DNA of 32,000 nucleotides. Origin: Archaeoglobus fulgidus DSM 4304 (GTDB taxonomy: Archaea > Halobacteriota > Archaeoglobi > Archaeoglobales > Archaeoglobaceae). This document shows positions 31,562-32,000 of the stretch, in pieces; position 1 is the stretch's first letter; each line of letters begins with the position of its first letter. The position numbers and the translations under genes are program-made. A model generated the notes under the pieces. That model was not told the origin of the DNA, made no database searches, and saw only the letters and a list, made by a program, of their open reading frames with translations. The DNA is taken from assembly GCF_000008665.1 (NCBI RefSeq), contig NC_000917.1, positions 480,001 to 512,000 of the forward strand, in the 5' to 3' direction.

Positions 31562-32000
31562 TTGATTTCAGAAAAAGCGGAGAATACTCTGAGAGAAATG
31601 TGGATGGCTGAAGAGGAGGGCAAGGAAGTAGATAAGAATTCCTTCGATGAGGGGGGTGATTGAGGAGCTTGAAAGGGAGGGGCTTGTGGGCGTAAAGGAC
31701 GGAAAGCTTGTTTTTACATAGGATGGGAGAAAGAGGGCTGAGAAAATCGTAAGACTTCACAGACTCGCCGAAAGGCTTCTCAGCGATATTCTTGGCTTTA
31801 AAGATGTAGAGGAGCATGCGTGCAGGTTCGAACATCTGATAGACGATGAGGCGGAGGAGGCAATCTGCACCCTTCTCGGCCATCCTCAGGTTTGTCCTCA
31901 CGGAAGGACAATTCCTGCAGGAAATTGTTGCATAATAAAAGAGACAGAGGTTGAGAGAGTAATCTACAGGCTAAGCGAACTCTCGCAGGGAGACGAGCGG
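31562..32000 (+). pseudogene. DtxR/MntR-family metal-dependent transcriptional repressor (with a FeoA-like C-terminal domain starting at the window end); carries a frameshift and an in-frame TAG
   Basis: My translation reads '...EKAENTLREMWMAEEEGKEVDKNSFDEG' (frame 2), then 'VIEELEREGLVGVKDGKLVFT*DGRKRAEKIVRLHRLAERLLSDILGFKDVEEHACRFEHLIDDEAEEAICTLLGHPQVCPHGRTIP' (frame 0). The frame change is in the G6 run at 31651-31656. The TAG is at 31719-31721. The gene runs off the window end. Confidence 0.8.

Noticed and set aside
31521-31901. 126-aa minus-strand ORF at the window end
   Set aside because: It is antisense to the clearly recognisable DtxR-like coding sequence ('RLHRLAERLL...CPHGRTIP'). 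It has no motifs of its own.

Overview
This is a densely coding archaeal chromosomal segment of about 48% GC by eye. It has BRE/TATA promoters placed 24-27 nt before first-gene ATGs and GGAGGTG-type ribosome-binding sites on internal genes. Gene content suggests a sulfate-reducing euryarchaeon, Archaeoglobus-like; that assignment is my inference and is unverified.

Gene order, left to right:
- aIF2-alpha (partial), a PyrK-like flavoprotein and a small wHTH regulator.
- A 627-bp AT-rich spacer.
- gyrB (reading frame broken as sequenced), E1-like adenylyltransferase #1, a beta-CASP RNase, a metallophosphoesterase and an MBL hydrolase.
- ftsZ, secE, spt5 and rpl11.
- A three-gene operon: TM protein, secreted coiled-coil protein and GPN-loop GTPase.
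- A radical-SAM gene (frameshifted).
- Two divergent DsrMK/HdrED-like operons holding 3 K-type and 2 M-type subunits, with gene-conversion tracts between the tandem K genes.
- thrS, a small membrane protein and mtaD.
- A sulfur-trafficking island of about 6.4 kb: ThrC-like PLP enzyme, GG-terminated MoaD/ThiS-like protein, E1-like #2, TusA, DsrE-like, TusA, SQR-like flavoprotein, DUF1641-like, LarE-like PP-loop enzyme and an fdhD remnant.
- A decayed iron locus: a DtxR-type palindromic operator, a multiply disrupted feoB, and a disrupted DtxR-like repressor that runs off the window end.

I found no rRNA, tRNA, CRISPR array, transposase or integrase.

The most interesting candidate system is the ThrC-like/Ubl/E1/TusA operon abutting the DsrE/TusA/SQR-like/DUF1641 operon. 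I predict it is a protein-thiocarboxylate-based sulfur-incorporation pathway fed by a persulfide relay.

At least eight frame disruptions occur in the window. Those I could localise sit at short same-base runs (2-7 nt), so sequencing error and genuine decay must be separated by resequencing.
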